From Takakia lepidozioides (Eukaryota > Plantae > Bryophyta), in assembly GCA_030704615.1 (NCBI GenBank), contig CM060733.1, forward strand, positions 54,560,001-54,624,000: a DNA stretch of 64,000 nt, read 5' to 3'. Positions 63,735 to 64,000 of this stretch are shown here, piece after piece. The notes below the pieces were generated by a model that ran no database searches, was not told the DNA's origin, and saw nothing but the letters and a program-made list of their open reading frames with translations. Within the stretch, counting starts at the first letter, position 1; each line of letters opens with the position of its first letter. A program made the position numbers and the translations under genes.

Positions 63735-64000
63735 GAAATGAAATGAAATGAAATGGTACTTTATAACGTCCGCGGAAAGCTCATAGAGCTTATGGGACAA
63801 AATGGAAACATGAGAAATGAAATGAAATGAAATGGTGCTTTATAACGTCCGCGGAAAGCTCGTAGAGCTTATGGGACAAAATGGAAGAAAACATGAGAGA
63901 GGAACAAATCCAGAAACCACAATTAATGTTCTAGCGATTGTCTAAGGGTGAAGGCCTCGTGTAGGTAGGCTGCCACGCATTTTTTATCCTCATAGTGAAA
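63735..64000 (-). mobile_element. 3' end of the same LINE family as at 37900, with a tandemly duplicated tail
   Basis: (GAAAT)n GGT(A/G)CTTTATAACGTCCGCGGAAAGCTC occurs twice (~63735, ~63813) and matches 37901-38090. Confidence 0.8.

Overview
Eukaryotic, intron-containing plant DNA; gene content suggests a non-seed land plant or other streptophyte (inference). The first ~31 kb is a nest of mobile elements. (A) A large degenerate element marked by dispersed CGCGCGATCGCGCG palindromes carries an RNA Pol II CTD-like heptad ORF, two FCP1/NIF-type phosphatase-like domains and a weak amino-MTase-like remnant. It is interrupted by a 4.6-kb non-autonomous CACTA element (captured SKIP31-like F-box exons) and by a 3'-truncated Ty3/Gypsy retrotransposon whose polyprotein has a DNMT3-like C5 cytosine methyltransferase between protease and RT. 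(B) A second element has a spliced ParB/Srx + beta-class amino-methyltransferase-like gene and a GCM-finger/Mutator-type transposase, transcribed divergently from an array of ~24-bp palindromes (ATGAATTTCGGCGCCGAAATTCAT) spaced at whole helical turns; degenerate copies also sit in that gene's introns. The right half holds two tRNA-derived SINEs, a GH1 beta-glucosidase pseudogene and the 3' part of a duplicate, LINE fragments, a foldback element, a 10.9-kb MULE with cargo ORFs, an intact RPL32 gene and a broken F-box/kelch gene. All protein assignments come from motif recognition by eye; no searches were run.
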